Of a stretch of DNA of 64,000 bases, positions 17,526-27,983 are shown piece after piece. The DNA is taken from assembly GCA_947624775.1 (NCBI GenBank), contig CANQLT010000001.1, forward strand, positions 2,184 to 66,183, written 5' to 3'. How positions within the stretch are numbered: the first letter of the stretch is position 1; each line of letters starts with the position of its first letter. This DNA is from an uncultured Monoglobus sp. GTDB taxonomy: Bacteria; Bacillota; Clostridia; Monoglobales; Monoglobaceae. The translations under genes and the position numbers were made by a program. The notes beneath the pieces are model-generated. The model worked only from the letters and a program-made list of their open reading frames with translations, did not search any database and was not told where the DNA came from.

Positions 17526-18494
17526 TTACGTTGTTTTCTGTTTAACATTTGGCTTGTATTCTTTATTTAACAAAACGCTCCTGAGATCTTCTATTTTTTC
17601 AAACCTTTCGGAAGCGTGAATCGCCATACCCTTTTTAAGAGCTAATTTAACATTATCCGGTAAATTATCGGGAATAATTAATGTATCATTCATAAGGCGC
17701 TCTATAGGATTGGGCGGAACTTTGCCTGTTATCATTCTGTAAAAAGTAGCCGTCAGGGCGTAAACATCAGTCCAAGGACCTTGATTTCCGCTTTTTCTGT
17801 ATTCTTCCTCCGGTGTGTATCCCGTATTAAGCAAAATTGAAAGATTTTTTTCTCTCCCCATCGGCAGACTCGCCTCACTGAAACCAATAAGCTTAACCTG
17901 CGAATCATTGGTAATAAAAATATTATCCGGATTGATTTCTCGATGAATTATTCCCGCCTTGTGAATCCGGGACAAAGCGTCCATAATAGGCGACAAAATT
18001 TTCACCGCACTTTGATATGGTATAATGTTGTTGTTTTGTTTAATATAATCGTCTAGCGTTATTCCATCCAAAAACTGCATTATAATATATGCGGTCCCGT
18101 TTGCCTCGATACAGTCTCTAATCCCGGCTACGCCCGGTAATTCGGAAAATCTTGCAAGATTTCTTGCTTCCTCGATAAACCTAGCCTTTCCGCGTTTATA
18201 TTCCTTTTCAACGCTCTCGCTATATGGGATAACAAGGATTTCCTTGCGCTGAACAAAATTTAAAGGGTAGTATTCTTTAATTGCAATTTTTTGTTTCAGC
18301 GTATTATCATAACCTATATAAGTTATTCCGAAACCGCCCTGAGCTATTACGCTGCCTATAATAAAACGGTTATTCAACACGGTGCCGGGATTTAAATACA
18401 CAGGATTTTTAGGCTGTGCATTTTCGACATATCCGCAATGAGGACACTCCTTGCTGTCCCCTTTTTCATTCATACATCCAATACATATACTCAT
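17526..18494 (-). CDS. Zinc-ribbon + Hanks-type kinase-like protein, predicted pseudokinase
   Basis: CIGC...CPHCG ribbon, GGFGITY loop, AIKEY. The catalytic loop is HREINPDN (not HRD) and DFG is replaced by GFS. Start placed at ATG 18494 (GAGG RBS); the ORF-track start 18542 is GTG. Confidence 0.8.
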   Translation of the reverse strand: MSICIGCMNEKGDSKECPHCGYVENAQPKNPVYLNPGTVLNNRFIIGSVIAQGGFGITYIGYDNTLKQKIAIKEYYPLNFVQRKEILVIPYSESVEKEYKRGKARFIEEARNLARFSELPGVAGIRDCIEANGTAYIIMQFLDGITLDDYIKQNNNIIPYQSAVKILSPIMDALSRIHKAGIIHREINPDNIFITNDSQVKLIGFSEASLPMGREKNLSILLNTGYTPEEEYRKSGNQGPWTDVYALTATFYRMITGKVPPNPIERLMNDTLIIPDNLPDNVKLALKKGMAIHASERFEKIEDLRSVLLNKEYKPNVKQKTT

Positions 18495-18542
18495 TTTAAC
18501 CTCACATAAACCATCGGGAGATGTGCCGAAACACATTATCAC

Positions 18543-19940
18543 TTACTTACATTTTACAGCATATATATCATATGTTTTGTCGTCCTTTTTCGCGCAGACA
18601 TAATCTGTTCCGTCGGAATAAGCATAAGTATATTCAGTATAATCTTTAATCAAAGTCTCGCCTGAAATTGTGTCAATTAAGTTGTATTTATATTCTTCGG
18701 TGTTAGATTTAACTATCCACTTACCAAGGCTATAACCGTTTATCGTATAGTCTTTATCCTTTAAGCAGTAATATACGGTTTTATCTCCGTTCTTTTTACC
18801 AAAAACAAATCTTTTATTGTCGTTATCCGTTCCGTCAAGAGTGATTACATCTCCGTTTATTATCAGGTCCGCTCCGCCGCTTTCCTTTTCAAACAGTACG
18901 GCTGATTTTGTCATATTATCTATGTAAGCGTTTTCATAATTCCCTTCAAGAACAGAATTGCCCTCAAAATCGTACACCTTATTTTGTGACAGGATGTACT
19001 CATTAAATATTTTTATATTGTCGCTGAATTCGGCAGATATTTTTTTGCCGCTTCTGTCAAGGACAACATAATTATTCGATTTACCCGAATCTTTTTCGGA
19101 AGCTATAAAATATCCGGTATTAACATCACAACCCAATAAACTTAAAGTGTCATTCGAAAAAGTAAATAGTAAATCTCCTTTATCATCATATACGGATGAA
19201 GTGTCATTTTCCCTAACAGAATATGAACCGTCATCATACACGGTTGCATCTTTCGGCAGAACCGTGCCTTCGCTGTTCACATGTATTTTTTCTTCTGCGT
19301 CCGTCACATACGACAGTGTGTTTCCGTGGGCCGAAATGGTGTATGCTTTTGTACCGCTTGCGCCCTTGATCATACTTTTTTCTTTTCTGTCATAAACACA
19401 CCAGTTTCCGGTATATAATTTATCGCCATCACCCGGGCCAACACTAATCCAGTTGTCAGATTCATAAATAAGGGCATCATCTTTTGAATTCGTTTCTCCC
19501 GTCACCTTGCACGCTTTGATATACCTATCATTCAAAACATTAAAAGATGCATATTCTTCCGGCAATATAACGTTTCCGGAGGAATCAACAAGACCTCCTA
19601 AATTATGCTCAGATTTATCATCGGGTATATCAGTTATGACTTCAAATAAATTATCGTTCTGCTTACAGTAGTCATAAACCGCGCCGCTATCGTGCTTTCC
19701 GTCGAAGCTCATAATACCATACTTATCTCCGACCTTATAGATAATGCCGCCTGAGGCTAAATCTATCTTATCAAAATCGGCTGTAATCTCATTTATTTTT
19801 TCGGCTGAAAGAGCAGTTGCCGAAAGAGCGCTTGTGCCCTCCTTGGGCTGCGTGACCGTTTGGGTCGCAGTATTGCTGCCGCAAGAAACCAAAAGCAGCA
19901 TAGTGAAAATTAAACACATTCCAATAATAATTTTTTTCAT
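18543..19940 (-). CDS. Lipoprotein with WG/KWG-like beta repeats
   Basis: Lipobox LLLVSC-GS. Repeated ...KYGIMSFDGK... / GLVDSSGNVILPEEY type repeats. Confidence 0.65.
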   Translation of the reverse strand: MKKIIIGMCLIFTMLLLVSCGSNTATQTVTQPKEGTSALSATALSAEKINEITADFDKIDLASGGIIYKVGDKYGIMSFDGKHDSGAVYDYCKQNDNLFEVITDIPDDKSEHNLGGLVDSSGNVILPEEYASFNVLNDRYIKACKVTGETNSKDDALIYESDNWISVGPGDGDKLYTGNWCVYDRKEKSMIKGASGTKAYTISAHGNTLSYVTDAEEKIHVNSEGTVLPKDATVYDDGSYSVRENDTSSVYDDKGDLLFTFSNDTLSLLGCDVNTGYFIASEKDSGKSNNYVVLDRSGKKISAEFSDNIKIFNEYILSQNKVYDFEGNSVLEGNYENAYIDNMTKSAVLFEKESGGADLIINGDVITLDGTDNDNKRFVFGKKNGDKTVYYCLKDKDYTINGYSLGKWIVKSNTEEYKYNLIDTISGETLIKDYTEYTYAYSDGTDYVCAKKDDKTYDIYAVKCK

Positions 19941-19972
19941 AATAGACCCTCCTTGTTAATATGCCTGTTACA

Positions 19973-22297
19973 CTATATACTCCAATTTTCAAATGAGTTA
20001 ATTATATTTTTTATTTCGTTTTTATCCTCATATGTCGGCCATCCGACTCTGATCTGAATTGCAACATCTTTTTGTAATTCATTATATAAACAAACCATAT
20101 CATATTCGCCATTAGAATAACCGGACGAAGAAGTATATTCCTGAACAGTAAAGTTTTTTCCGGCAATATTCATCGAAAACGGCTTGCCGCTTTTCTGAAG
20201 CCCCGAAGTTACTCCCGCGCTCATAACTTCCAACCACTCGTCAACAGTCGCGTGTTCTTCCGCGGGTTCAACCACTATTCTGATTGTATTTTTAAAATAG
20301 GGGTCCTGCTCACCTACTTGTTCAAGGATCATTTCATAGTTAATTCTAAAATCTTCGGGTATCTCATAACTAAATCGATCATAAAACTCTTCATTCGTCA
20401 AGAACACGTATCCATCAGGCGGATCAAGCTGCCAATTCAGACTAAGGTTTTTATATTTTCCGTTTATTATTTCGCCCGGACTGAACGCAAGCTCAATTGT
20501 TCCGGTGAGTCCGTCGTTTTCTGAATCGACAGTATTATCTCCGTTATTTGCACTTGACTCCTCATTAGTCGTTTTATCGGAGGTGACTGACTCATCTATA
20601 ACTGACATGCTTTGAGAATTCGACGCGCTCTGCGGTTTCAGTGCGCTTTTAAAATCAGCAAAAACGCATGTATAAATCAATGAAATGACACAAAACAACA
20701 CACAAAGAATAATTCCAACAGTTGCCATGAGCATATCACTCTGTTTTTTCTGCTTACGCTTCTTATAAACCTTTATGCCGGAAATACCGGACAATATACC
20801 CGCTATAGGAACAACAATATATTGAATTATCATTGTCTGCAGATTTAACTCGGTTTTAACGATAAAACTCAATGCTATATTTACAATTAAATTCAAGCAC
20901 GTCACTATTCCGAAAATAAGTGCCGCCATACAAGTCCTATCCGCTCCGACATTATCTTTTTTTATAATAGAGTTTACGGAATTTTGAACCGGAGGAGCCG
21001 GCTTATTTGTCTTAAGAGGGTAGTCTGAAACATATATATCAAAATATTTCGGACTCTTTCCGTACTGATTTACCCTTTTCTCACTGTCAAATAACTCCAT
21101 TATAAAAATCGCCAATGAGCCGACAAGTGTTAAGTTTAATATCAACACCGCGGCCGAAAATCCCATGTCATGCAGTCTCCTGAACCGCAGCGAGATAGAC
21201 GGAATTATCGTGGCAAAAAACCAGCCGACCATAGCTAATAATGAGGCTATAACACAAAAAGTCGAGAGCGAACGAGCACCGCCGGAAAGCCCGGCAAGCA
21301 ACATTCCACAGAGCATCGGCAAAGAGCATACGAAATAAACAATAATATGTGCCAATACCATAAAAAAATACTCGCTTCGGCGCGCTCTTCCGGAAAAATT
21401 CGTATAATTTTTAAATGCTGATTTTATCGCTTCGATAAATCCGACCGCAGGCCTTTCACCGTTGATTTCTCGTTTTTCCCCGATTGAATATTTTAGAAAT
21501 TCCCTAAAATCAGGGATTTCCTTTTCGATTTGCTTTACATATCGATCAATAATCTCCGAAATTTCAGCTCGGCCATTATAATTAATTTTTAAAGCCGTAA
21601 TAACAATGTGATAAAACATCGGTAAATTGTCGACATTCATAGTAAGCCTATATAAATCATCAGCAAGTCTTAGACTTTTTCCGTCAAAAACCATCATTGA
21701 ATCGCGTCCATTGTCATTCCCGTAAACAGATTTTACGTATACCGTCGTCTTAACACCTGAAAACGGCGATATAACGTCATAAATCTCTCGGTCATTTTCA
21801 ACTCTTTTCTCGGGTTGAAACGCGATCTCAATGATTTTTTTAATATTATCCTGCATGCTAGCGTAAGCATCTCCGTAGTTCATATGCGTAAATTTGGAAT
21901 CCGGAGCGACCGAGCCGATACAGGTTGTTTCAGCAACGCTTTCTTCAACTGTGAAGAATTGCATTTTGTCCATTCCGTACTCATTTTCGATATAAGTAAA
22001 CGCATAGGCTGTGCAATACACGAGAGAACCACTGTGCTCATGCGGCAACGCCGCATACAGAAGATGTTTTTCTTTAGTGATATCAAATTTTATTATGTGG
22101 AAATCCTCACTCCTGAACTTTAACGACATTGCTTCCTCAAAAGATTTTGCGTTTCGTATATAGTGTTTATTGAAAGTGTTAAACAAGAAATTCTCTTTTT
22201 CAACAAGCAATCTCCTTATAAAAGCCTCTCTATTCTGATAGAACAATTGAGGAATTACGTAAAAATCCAAGCTGTATCTTATATTGTCTTGCTGCAT
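19973..22297 (-). CDS. Large multi-pass membrane protein with central DUF805 module
   Basis: GRARRSEYFF...RRLHDMGFS DUF805 signature. Has a ~290-aa cytoplasmic N-domain, at least 8 hydrophobic helices and a ~230-aa C-terminal ectodomain. GAGGGAG RBS. Confidence 0.65.
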   Translation of the reverse strand: MQQDNIRYSLDFYVIPQLFYQNREAFIRRLLVEKENFLFNTFNKHYIRNAKSFEEAMSLKFRSEDFHIIKFDITKEKHLLYAALPHEHSGSLVYCTAYAFTYIENEYGMDKMQFFTVEESVAETTCIGSVAPDSKFTHMNYGDAYASMQDNIKKIIEIAFQPEKRVENDREIYDVISPFSGVKTTVYVKSVYGNDNGRDSMMVFDGKSLRLADDLYRLTMNVDNLPMFYHIVITALKINYNGRAEISEIIDRYVKQIEKEIPDFREFLKYSIGEKREINGERPAVGFIEAIKSAFKNYTNFSGRARRSEYFFMVLAHIIVYFVCSLPMLCGMLLAGLSGGARSLSTFCVIASLLAMVGWFFATIIPSISLRFRRLHDMGFSAAVLILNLTLVGSLAIFIMELFDSEKRVNQYGKSPKYFDIYVSDYPLKTNKPAPPVQNSVNSIIKKDNVGADRTCMAALIFGIVTCLNLIVNIALSFIVKTELNLQTMIIQYIVVPIAGILSGISGIKVYKKRKQKKQSDMLMATVGIILCVLFCVISLIYTCVFADFKSALKPQSASNSQSMSVIDESVTSDKTTNEESSANNGDNTVDSENDGLTGTIELAFSPGEIINGKYKNLSLNWQLDPPDGYVFLTNEEFYDRFSYEIPEDFRINYEMILEQVGEQDPYFKNTIRIVVEPAEEHATVDEWLEVMSAGVTSGLQKSGKPFSMNIAGKNFTVQEYTSSSGYSNGEYDMVCLYNELQKDVAIQIRVGWPTYEDKNEIKNIINSFENWSI

Positions 22298-22362
22298 AAT
22301 ATTTCTCCCTCATTTTAACGCCGCAAGAAGGTGCGAGCATTTTAACTATATACCGAGCTCAT

Positions 22363-23355
22363 CTAATAGGAAATATAAACCGTCTGGGTCAGATCATCCC
22401 AGCTTACGTTCGCGCCGAAAGCCTCCGCAGCAGCTCGCAACGGAATATATGTGCGGTCGCCGATCACAGTCGGCACCACGTCCATTTCAAACATATCATA
22501 ATTATGGAAACAATACTTTCCCCCAATGTACATGGCAACTCTGTCTGTGCCACTGCCGTTCAGCATGGTTACAGACTCGTTTTCCTCATTCCAAACAACG
22601 GTATATCCCATTTTTTCGGCCACGGCTCTTATCGGAACCAAGACCCTGTCATTTTGCATTATCGGCGGGCTGTCGGGATAAATATATTCGCCGTTCATAA
22701 CTATGCTTATTACGCCGGGCACGGACGGGGATACATAAGAGATGTTATTTTGCGGGAAAGATATGCTCTGCATCATCGCGTTAACATCCGAAAAATGATT
22801 GCTGTTGTCTGTGCGTATATAAGCTACCACGACCGTCATTCCGTTATGAATAGTCTTATACAGCGTAATGTATCCGCCGTACGGATAATACCCGCTCACC
22901 GTTGCAGTAAAGGCTTTTTCAACTCTGAAATATTCGATCCCGTTTATCGTCTCGCGGCTTGTCAGCTCGGACTCGCTTTTTACATACGGATTACCTAATA
23001 AAATATTCGAAATTGATTCATTGCTTATAGAAGCTTCACAGCCCGAATATAAGAGATCGTCACTCAAATTCTCCGTATTATACGTGCTGTCTTTTCCGTA
23101 CGCACTGCTCGTATCAACTATTGCGACAGCAACACTCTCGTTATCTCCGTATTCATACCGGTACTCGATCGCACTGCCGACAACTCCGTCTATACCGGTG
23201 CTTTCATAGTATCTCCAGTTATCCGACATGACCAGTGAGATACCCGTCGCGTCGTCCTTATAATACTGCGCGAAAACGCATGTGTTAAGCATAAGCATAA
23301 GCATAACAACCATCATAGCCGTGATTTTCACTATCATTTTTGTTCCACGTTTCAT
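22363..23355 (-). CDS. Secreted protein with C-terminal copper-amine-oxidase N-terminal-like (stalk) domain
   Basis: Signal peptide MKRGTKMIVKITAMMVVMLMLMLNTCVFA. C-terminus NDRVLVPIRAVAEKMGYTVVWNE...DRTYIPLRAAAEAFGANVSWD. Start at ATG 23355 with GGAGGAAG RBS. Confidence 0.75.
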   Translation of the reverse strand: MKRGTKMIVKITAMMVVMLMLMLNTCVFAQYYKDDATGISLVMSDNWRYYESTGIDGVVGSAIEYRYEYGDNESVAVAIVDTSSAYGKDSTYNTENLSDDLLYSGCEASISNESISNILLGNPYVKSESELTSRETINGIEYFRVEKAFTATVSGYYPYGGYITLYKTIHNGMTVVVAYIRTDNSNHFSDVNAMMQSISFPQNNISYVSPSVPGVISIVMNGEYIYPDSPPIMQNDRVLVPIRAVAEKMGYTVVWNEENESVTMLNGSGTDRVAMYIGGKYCFHNYDMFEMDVVPTVIGDRTYIPLRAAAEAFGANVSWDDLTQTVYISY

Positions 23356-23424
23356 TTTAAACTTCCTCCTTTTTATTGTCACATCTTTTATTACTAATCC
23401 CCTATTGACAAAAATCACAATATT

Positions 23425-24210
23425 TTAGCCGGTGGTGCTCCAGCCCATTTTTTTCTCATAATCGACCAAAACTTTGAGGTTGTTTCCGTCTTTTTCGTTC
23501 ATCAAGCCACGAACATAATCCTGATCGTCATACAAAGGCTCATACCAGGTCTTTTGAGAAAAATAATCTTTATATTCTTCAACATTGAATATGTATCCGT
23601 ATCTCGCGTAAATTTCGTTTACCATAAGGCGAACTGTTTTCTTAGTCTTTTCGGCGCCGTTTTCAGAATAAAAATCCGTAAGGTCTTTTTCGGTCAACAC
23701 AGTGCCGGGGTTTAAAATATAACCGTTTCTTCCGGGATTCGCGTTTATTACTCCGTTCGAGATCGGAGGATCCTGAGGCGGAGTCGGCACCGGGGTTGGC
23801 TTTGGAGTCGGCTCCGGAGTGAGCTTTGGGGGTGGTTGCGGCGGTTTATCGGGTTCATCCGGCTGCGGAGTGACAATCGGCGGCACTCCGCCCGGAGGCA
23901 AACCTCCGCCTCCGCCGCCACCGCCAAATGATGGAGCAGTTTTTTTGTTGCTTCCAAATATTGCCGGATGCGGCACGTACCCTGTCAAATAGCTGTTATC
24001 GGCCAACACATACGCGATAAATCCCGCCAAGCATGCCGCTGTAACCGATAACAACGTAATAAGTATAATAAACGCCCTGCTGTTGTATATTGGCTTTTTA
24101 GTATTGTGCGCGGCTTCGTTGGCTTTTTTAAGAGTTGATACTCTGGTTTTGCATTTATCGCAAAACACAGCGTCATCCGGAAGCTGCTTCTTGCATTTTG
24201 GGCATATCAT
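23425..24210 (-). CDS. Zinc-ribbon / TM / proline-rich / YARHG-domain protein
   Basis: MICPKCKK...CDKCK ribbon, one TM, a PPQPPPKLTPEPTPKPTPVPTPP linker and an EIYARYGYIF YARHG signature. Confidence 0.75.
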   Translation of the reverse strand: MICPKCKKQLPDDAVFCDKCKTRVSTLKKANEAAHNTKKPIYNSRAFIILITLLSVTAACLAGFIAYVLADNSYLTGYVPHPAIFGSNKKTAPSFGGGGGGGGLPPGGVPPIVTPQPDEPDKPPQPPPKLTPEPTPKPTPVPTPPQDPPISNGVINANPGRNGYILNPGTVLTEKDLTDFYSENGAEKTKKTVRLMVNEIYARYGYIFNVEEYKDYFSQKTWYEPLYDDQDYVRGLMNEKDGNNLKVLVDYEKKMGWSTTG

Positions 24211-24236
24211 AATAACTCCTCCTGTGTTAAATAGTC

Positions 24237-25289
24237 TTACTTAATAATTATTTCAGGCTTATCCGCCTCGTAATTAAAAGACAACTTAGCTTCTCTATCG
24301 GCTTCGCAGTATTGCTGTATCTGGACATAAATCATCATGGTTCCGTTATTATTAACAATACAAATCCCGCTTAAATCAATAGGTGACGAATGTTCCTTAT
24401 CGGTATACATTTTTCGTTCTTTAACATCAATATACCGATAAACTCTTTTATCACTATTTGGAATCTGCGCGTCAAGCTGAGCGTATTCGGGAATCTCGTT
24501 TTCAGTGTCATAGGTATATTGTCCGTATTTATCACCATTCTCATCGCTTTGATCGAACATATAGTACTCATTCCATAAATCTCTCAAACGGATGTAATGC
24601 TGACTGTTAATGATACGAACCAGCATACTTTTGTCAACATCATCAACATTTGACTCTCTGCCATTTATATTGATTATCTTGACAGTGCCGGGAAATTCGA
24701 CAGTTTCGCTCAACTGAACAACCGAAATAACTTGATTGTCGCCCGTGTCCGAAGGCGAACCGTCAATGATATTTGAATCGCCGTCCGGTGATTTGCCGCC
24801 GTTTCTACCGGAAGCCAGCCAAAAAGTAAGAAATGCTATAACCACTATCGCAGCGGCTCCCGCTATAATAATCTTCAATTTTATACTTTCGCGCTTTTTT
24901 CGAGCGAGACGCGCCTCGCGCCGTTTTATAGCCTCACCGTCCGGCCGTGGCGGCGGCGAAGCATTATAAGCAGACGGCGTCACTAACGGTGCCGCTGGAT
25001 ATGCCTCAAAATCTTGAACCTTGTTGGCAGAGTCGGATTTTTTAAGAATGTCTTCCTCCTCCAGGTTTTCCGTTTTGGGAACGCTGTCGCCCTCGGGTAT
25101 CATATTGGGATACTCTGTCAGTGGGGTGTTTAAATTAACACCTGTCTCAAAAGCGCCGCTGATCAGCCATTTATCCGAAGAATCAACGGCCTCGAAATAA
25201 TATCCGTCATCCTTATCAATCTGGCATCCGCATACGGGACAAACTGTTGCATTATCATCAATTATTCTTCCGCAATATTTACATTTCAT
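24237..25289 (-). CDS. Zinc-ribbon / TM protein with uncharacterised ectodomain
   Basis: MKCKYCG...CPVCG ribbon and TM IIIAGAAAIVVIAFLTFWLA. The remainder was not recognised. Confidence 0.6.
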   Translation of the reverse strand: MKCKYCGRIIDDNATVCPVCGCQIDKDDGYYFEAVDSSDKWLISGAFETGVNLNTPLTEYPNMIPEGDSVPKTENLEEEDILKKSDSANKVQDFEAYPAAPLVTPSAYNASPPPRPDGEAIKRREARLARKKRESIKLKIIIAGAAAIVVIAFLTFWLASGRNGGKSPDGDSNIIDGSPSDTGDNQVISVVQLSETVEFPGTVKIININGRESNVDDVDKSMLVRIINSQHYIRLRDLWNEYYMFDQSDENGDKYGQYTYDTENEIPEYAQLDAQIPNSDKRVYRYIDVKERKMYTDKEHSSPIDLSGICIVNNNGTMMIYVQIQQYCEADREAKLSFNYEADKPEIIIK

Positions 25290-25310
25290 AAAATCACTCC
25301 AAAGCTTAAA

Positions 25311-26039
25311 TTATTCTATTGAGCCTGCTATTAATGAATAATTATCATTATCATTGCTCATTCTCAGCATCATTCTTACAAGCATAAACTCCACCCATTC
25401 GCTCACAGTGAAGGATTTTGCCCAATCAATTTCCATTTCGGTTTCATAAACATACTCCCAAAATCCGTCGCTGCATATCAGAAAGGCATCGCCGGGATCA
25501 ATTTTAAAAATGGGTAGCTCGGATACTAAATTCGGCAAATCAACATTTCCGAGCACTTTTGTTAAACGATTTCTGTCAGCGTTGAATCTGAGCGATCCAA
25601 ACGACTCCTGCTTCAAATCAATTGACATCTGCGGCACGCTGTGGTCTTTTGAAATATATTTCAATCTGCCGTTTTTAAAATAATAAACCCTCGAATCTCC
25701 AACATTAAAGCATTTTAACAAGCCTTTGTTTATAACGCAGCCCGCCAAAGTAGTTCGCATGTTTACCAACAGCGGATCAGTTTTTTGTTTTTCAACTACA
25801 GCTTTATTGGCGTTTTCGATGAGCTGCTTTATTTCAACGTCCGAGAATACAGCATTTTCTTTTACGGTATTTTCAAAACATTCCAAAGCTGTCTGCGAGG
25901 CAATATCGCCTCCGCCATGGCCGCCAAGCCCATCACATAACGCCGCAAGGCAATAATCGTCGTTTTTGTATGTTAAAATGCTGTCTTCATTGTCTTTTCT
26001 GCTTCCTATATTGGTGTATGAGTATAATTGTATTTCCAT
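25311..26039 (-). CDS. PP2C-family Ser/Thr phosphatase (PP2C-1)
   Basis: GSRKDNEDS, DGLGGHGGGD, VGDSR and CSDGFW motifs. Confidence 0.85.
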   Translation of the reverse strand: MEIQLYSYTNIGSRKDNEDSILTYKNDDYCLAALCDGLGGHGGGDIASQTALECFENTVKENAVFSDVEIKQLIENANKAVVEKQKTDPLLVNMRTTLAGCVINKGLLKCFNVGDSRVYYFKNGRLKYISKDHSVPQMSIDLKQESFGSLRFNADRNRLTKVLGNVDLPNLVSELPIFKIDPGDAFLICSDGFWEYVYETEMEIDWAKSFTVSEWVEFMLVRMMLRMSNDNDNYSLIAGSIE

Positions 26040-26050
26040 ATTTACCTCCG

Positions 26051-27193
26051 TTACACTATTTCAAACATATTTTTTTCTGTTGCAAGGTAAAATTTATCAC
26101 CGGATGATAACCGTTCAGGCTTAGAAGGGTCCACAATAGTTCCGTCTTTCAGAAATGATCCGTATTTTGAATGTAAATCCTCGATGATAATATCTTCGCC
26201 GTCAGGAACGAGAGCACAGTGAACCGAGCTTATGCCGCTTTCGTTCAGAGGATATACGATTGCGCAGCGTTTATAATCACGTCCGATCAGTGTTCTTTCC
26301 TCCACGTCAAAGGTTTTACCGCTTAGAATTCCCCCGATCACTCTAACCGCCGGAACTTTTTTCTCAACTCTCTCATCCTTCTTACCCTTATCATCCTCAG
26401 GCAAGACCTTATTTTTAGCTAATAAATATATTATAATTCCCAATGACAGTAATACTATCAGGGCGCTTATTATCAAAATCCAAAAGATATATAATCTTAT
26501 TTTCTGCTCTCCGTGCAGCAGATATTGCACATTGTTATATCTCAAAAATGAAATCACGGAGTCTACTGTTACTGAATAACAATAATCGTCTGCTTTGGAA
26601 TAATTAACCATTCCATATATGCCGTCTCCGGCAGTCAGCGGGCCGCCAATGATGCCGGTGCTGTAAGGAATATCTATATTGTACACATCCATGCCTTTGT
26701 AACGCGATATGTTTTTAATATCAGCGTTGAAAAACTGAACCGTGTTTCCAATCAAATCTCCGGCACCGTTATCTGTGTAGCCGAATCCCAATGCTGTGTA
26801 TGTATCATTTAAATCTACGTCTTTTTCCTCATATAATATCGCGCCGATGAGATCATCTGTATATTCCGGCAGTCTCAGCAGCGCCAAATCTTTTTCGGTA
26901 TTATAATCCACAACTTGAGCAGTCATTGTTCTGTTTGCCGCAGCATTAAAAATCACTTGTACGGTTTTGGGCACAGAACCGTTTCTATTCAAAATGTTTG
27001 AACACGCGGTTAAAATATCTTTCGTTTTTTCACCGGGCATACCGACCGCAATACCGGCGGAATAACGCGACGTATCCTCCCCGGCAACAATAACAACCGT
27101 TTTTTCAAAATCACTTCTGTCTTTCGCGAATACATTACACATACATAAAAGCATTATGATAAGACTCGCGCAAACCAATTTAGTATGCCTCAT
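26051..27193 (-). CDS. Degenerate trypsin-like domain / TM / FHA-domain protein
   Basis: Signal peptide plus an S1-like fold that lacks His (TACSNIL) and Ser (TGIIGGP). TM IFWILIISALIVLLSLGIIIYLL. FHA: LIGRD...GISSVHC...SKYGSFL. Start at ATG 27193 with GGAGGA RBS. Confidence 0.8.
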   Translation of the reverse strand: MRHTKLVCASLIIMLLCMCNVFAKDRSDFEKTVVIVAGEDTSRYSAGIAVGMPGEKTKDILTACSNILNRNGSVPKTVQVIFNAAANRTMTAQVVDYNTEKDLALLRLPEYTDDLIGAILYEEKDVDLNDTYTALGFGYTDNGAGDLIGNTVQFFNADIKNISRYKGMDVYNIDIPYSTGIIGGPLTAGDGIYGMVNYSKADDYCYSVTVDSVISFLRYNNVQYLLHGEQKIRLYIFWILIISALIVLLSLGIIIYLLAKNKVLPEDDKGKKDERVEKKVPAVRVIGGILSGKTFDVEERTLIGRDYKRCAIVYPLNESGISSVHCALVPDGEDIIIEDLHSKYGSFLKDGTIVDPSKPERLSSGDKFYLATEKNMFEIV

Positions 27194-27253
27194 ATTTTTT
27201 CCTCCGCCGCCGCGATTTTTAGCGGGCTGTTTTTCGAATATTAGAGTGGCGCC

Positions 27254-27282
27254 GGACTTCCGCACATATTGCGCGGAAGTCC
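27254..27282 (-). other. 10-bp perfect stem-loop in an intra-operon gap
   Basis: ggacttccgc (27254-27263) / gcggaagtcc (27273-27282) with a 9-nt loop. No U-tract follows. Confidence 0.5.
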
Positions 27283-27347
27283 TGAGCTGTTTAGGCTTAA
27301 CGCTAAAACCGTCAATGCGTCTCTCCTAATTTCATTTTACGGTGTTT

Positions 27348-27938
27348 TTACTTCTTCTCTTGCTTATCGTCATTCTTGTCCCAGTTAAAGCTTTCGTTGC
27401 AGAATGATCTGAAAATCATCTTTGTCTGACCTATTTCGATAATATCATACTCCTTAAGCTCCACCGGGGACAACAACAGGTTGTTGTTTATATACATATT
27501 GTTTTTCGACTCACTGGGAGCCAGGAAAAACTTGTTATTTCTGTTATCGTAGGCGAGCAAGGCATTTGTACCTTTTGACACGGTTTTGTCAAAATCAATA
27601 TTAATCTCAACCTCGCCGCCTCTGCCAATACGGTTCTTCTCGGAATGAATACGGAAATCCATACCTTTTTTCTCTCCGTCCAAGCAAACGAGCCATCCTC
27701 TGACCGGATCTATTCCCTTGTCGTTTATAACATCCGGCTTATACATTGTGGGATTCCAATCCGGATTATCGTAAGGCTGCGTTTCGGGGATATCCTGCTC
27801 ATGCATTACGGTAGGAGGTATTTCCTCGACGTTGTCAAGCGGAATTGTCTTTCCCATTTCATTACCGCCGCAGTATGGGCACTGCGCATTTTTGCTATCA
27901 TCATAAATATGACCGTTAGGGCACTGTTGCATTGCCAT
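27348..27938 (-). CDS. Zinc-ribbon + FHA-domain protein (cytoplasmic)
   Basis: CPNGH...CPYCG at the N-terminus. Divergent FHA at the C-terminus (RIGRGGEVEI...YINNNLL). Confidence 0.7.
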   Translation of the reverse strand: MAMQQCPNGHIYDDSKNAQCPYCGGNEMGKTIPLDNVEEIPPTVMHEQDIPETQPYDNPDWNPTMYKPDVINDKGIDPVRGWLVCLDGEKKGMDFRIHSEKNRIGRGGEVEINIDFDKTVSKGTNALLAYDNRNNKFFLAPSESKNNMYINNNLLLSPVELKEYDIIEIGQTKMIFRSFCNESFNWDKNDDKQEKK

Positions 27939-27983
27939 AAATTATTCCTTCTTTCTTAAATATTTTAACCGTTTCAAGTTTAA

